Below are positions 62,141-64,000 of a stretch of DNA of 64,000 bases, one piece after another. Numbering within the stretch: position 1 is the first letter of the stretch; each line of letters opens with the position of its first letter. Origin of the DNA: an uncultured Acidobacteriaceae bacterium (GTDB lineage: Bacteria; Acidobacteriota; Terriglobia; Acidiferrales; UBA7541); assembly GCA_964407845.1 (NCBI GenBank), contig CAYOXF010000104.1, positions 250 to 64,249 of the forward strand. The letters run 5' to 3'. The notes under the pieces are model-generated. The model was not told the DNA's origin and did no database searches. It worked only from the letters and a program-made list of their open reading frames with translations. The position numbers and the translations under genes are program-made.

Positions 62141-63844
62141 CTATTCCTCGCCGGGGCGTTTGACCCTGGAAATCTGACCGCCGAATTTCTCGAGCATTGC
62201 CCGAACGATCGGATCCTCTTCAAAACGGGCCCGCAACTCACCGCTGCGAGCTCCTCGTGGCTCCAGTTTAACACAGACGCGCAAAGGCTGACCGAAGACT
62301 TGATTGACGACTGTGCGCAAACGCTCCATTGCCTCGCGCGGAAGCATTTCCGTAAGCGTGCGATTCTCGGTCGCGAAAAAAATGCGAAACTCTCCGGCTT
62401 CCGCCTCGCAACGCGTGGCCTGTTCGAGAAACGACGACAGCAGTCGCGAATTCTGCAAAGCGCTTTTGACGGCATCGAATTGCGCTCGAGCCAAACCGCT
62501 TGCGGGATCCTCCGCAGCGCGGGCGACAATGCGAGGAGGCGAGGCGGGAACCGGGACCGCCGCTGCGGCGCGTGTGACCGGAGCCGAGTTCGGGTCCGAC
62601 GTCGGCGCCATGCGAACGGCAGCGCCCGCAGAAGAGGACGCGGCCGACGGTGTTGAGCGCGTGCCGGACGCGGGAGTGGCAGAGGCAGAGTGCGCAGACT
62701 TTGCCGAGCGATGCTCGCCGCGGAGCTCGCGGATGGCCTCTTCTAGAGGCACAAGCCTCTGGGCGTTGATCATTTTCAACAAGCCGAGCTCAAGGTGCAG
62801 GCGTTGATTGGGCTTGCGTCGTAGGTCGTCGTCAGTAGCAAGAAGAATGTTAAAAAAACGAGTGAGGTCCTCTTCGCTAAACCACGCGGCCTGCTCGGCA
62901 AGGCGCGGACGTTCGTCCTCCGGCGCGGCAATTAACTCGGAGCTGGCACTCGACACGCGCGCGACCAGCAAATTGCGCACGTGGCGAATCGCTTCGCGAC
63001 AGAAGTGCTGCAGGTTCTGGCCCTCGGTGATGAGGCGATGAACCAGCGAGAAGGCGCGTTCCGAGGATTGAGCTGCGATCGCGTTCACGAGTTCGTCGAG
63101 ACAGCTCTCGGCGACAATCCCAAGCAGTTCCCGCACCTGCCCGTCGCTGATCGTTTCGCCGGCGTACGCGATCGCCTGTTCGAGCAGGGAGAGTCCGTCG
63201 CGGAGACTGCCTTCCGCTGCACGCGCAAGCACAGCGACGGCACCGGAATCGATCTGGAGATTTTCTGCCTTTGCGATTCTCTCGATCTGCGCAGATATCT
63301 CACGGAACGTCAGCAAGCGAAACTGAAAAAGCTGGGCGCGGGACTTAATGGTCTCGACGAGATCTTCGGCGCGAGTGGTGGCAAGGATGAACACCACGCG
63401 CTCGGGAGGTTCCTCAAGGGTTTTGAGCAGCGCATTCGAGGCTTCGTCAGTCAGCTGATGAGCTTCGTCGAGGATGATGACTTTGTAGCGCGCAGCTGCC
63501 GGCGCGTAGCGGACCATTTCCCGCAACTCGCGGATCTGTTCGATGCCGCGGTTCGATGCCGCATCGATTTCGAGAACATCGAGCGAGGTCCCTGCAGAGA
63601 TCTCGCGGCAGGAATCGCAGGTGTTGTCGGGCTGCGGCGTCGGTCCCTTCGCGCAGTTGAGGCCTTTTGCGAGAATGCGCGCGGCCGTTGTCTTTCCGAC
63701 TCCGCGCACCCCCGAGAAAACGTAGGCATGAGCGACGCGATTTGATTCGATCGCGTTGGCGAGCGTCCGCGTAACGTGTTGCTGGCCGACAATCTCGGCG
63801 AATGTTTGGGGTCGGTATTTGCGCGCGATGACTTTGTAACTCAT
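62141..63844 (-). CDS. dnaX: DNA polymerase III subunit gamma/tau
   Basis: MSYKVIARKYRPQTF, P-loop GVRGVGKTT, Zn module C..CDSC, DEAHQL and SRAQ. ATG 63844 is preferred because the longer ORF (to 63919) would run into the SRP RNA gene. Confidence 0.95.
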   Translation of the reverse strand: MSYKVIARKYRPQTFAEIVGQQHVTRTLANAIESNRVAHAYVFSGVRGVGKTTAARILAKGLNCAKGPTPQPDNTCDSCREISAGTSLDVLEIDAASNRGIEQIRELREMVRYAPAAARYKVIILDEAHQLTDEASNALLKTLEEPPERVVFILATTRAEDLVETIKSRAQLFQFRLLTFREISAQIERIAKAENLQIDSGAVAVLARAAEGSLRDGLSLLEQAIAYAGETISDGQVRELLGIVAESCLDELVNAIAAQSSERAFSLVHRLITEGQNLQHFCREAIRHVRNLLVARVSSASSELIAAPEDERPRLAEQAAWFSEEDLTRFFNILLATDDDLRRKPNQRLHLELGLLKMINAQRLVPLEEAIRELRGEHRSAKSAHSASATPASGTRSTPSAASSSAGAAVRMAPTSDPNSAPVTRAAAAVPVPASPPRIVARAAEDPASGLARAQFDAVKSALQNSRLLSSFLEQATRCEAEAGEFRIFFATENRTLTEMLPREAMERLRTVVNQVFGQPLRVCVKLEPRGARSGELRARFEEDPIVRAMLEKFGGQISRVKRPGEE

Positions 63845-63893
63845 TCGAAACCGCTCTGTCTCGCCCGATACCGCAGAGCTACGGCCTTGGATA

Positions 63894-63997
<104 letters not shown>

Positions 63998-64000
63998 GCC

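Noticed and set aside
62851-62862. U UUU UUU slippery heptamer in dnaX (minus strand CGT TTT TTT AAC) where a -1 shift gives an immediate TAA, reminiscent of gamma-subunit production
   Set aside because: The site lies at TRFFNILLATDDD, inside the helical domain III rather than after it, so the truncated product would lack part of the clamp-loader core. I also saw no downstream stem-loop or upstream SD-like stimulator. It is probably coincidental.

Overview
This is a GC-rich bacterial chromosomal window made up almost entirely of housekeeping operons. Gene content and order suggest an Acidobacteriota-like genome, but that is inference only, with no search run. The main blocks are listed below.

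- **Gene blocks, in order:**
  - the dcw tail (murG'-murC-murB-ftsQ-ftsA-ftsZ), glyA and an archaeal-type proS
  - a class A PBP, an NfeD/stomatin pair, lnt and prfB
  - metK-ahcY and a multi-PAS hybrid histidine kinase
  - zwf, then tyrA-ilvC-ilvD running divergently from a chorismate mutase-pheA-DAHP synthase operon
  - cysD-cysN-cysH-tauE and an Rrf2-sufBCDSUT operon
  - ffs-dnaX-ybaB-recR
- **Not found:** I saw no rRNA, tRNA, CRISPR array, transposase, integrase or phage gene.
- **Candidate selenoprotein:** an in-frame TGA at 35208 joins two ORFs into a 588-codon candidate with a UxxC motif. A 10-bp hairpin sits where a bacterial SECIS would be.
- **Leader-peptide attenuators:** three amino-acid-specific attenuators lie within 4 kb. 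An Ile/Val leader precedes ilvD, a Phe/Tyr leader precedes the pheA operon, and a Cys-rich leader precedes cysDNH. The Cys leader has a perfect 9-nt antiterminator complement.
- **Smaller observations:**
  - the classic prfB +1 frameshift site
  - an internally deleted modA remnant
  - a CysN with a degenerate APS-kinase-like tail, paired with an Fe-S-type APS reductase
  - a radical SAM/SPASM enzyme coupled to a small secreted protein
  - a catalytically degenerate class A beta-lactamase-like protein
- **Overall:** I do not see a clear multi-gene novel system such as a defence island. The best candidate for something uncharacterised is the LysR / selenoprotein / radical-SAM neighbourhood at 33.9-38.4 kb.
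- **Shadow ORFs:** many long ORFs on the opposite strand of real genes are shadow ORFs typical of high-GC DNA and were not called.
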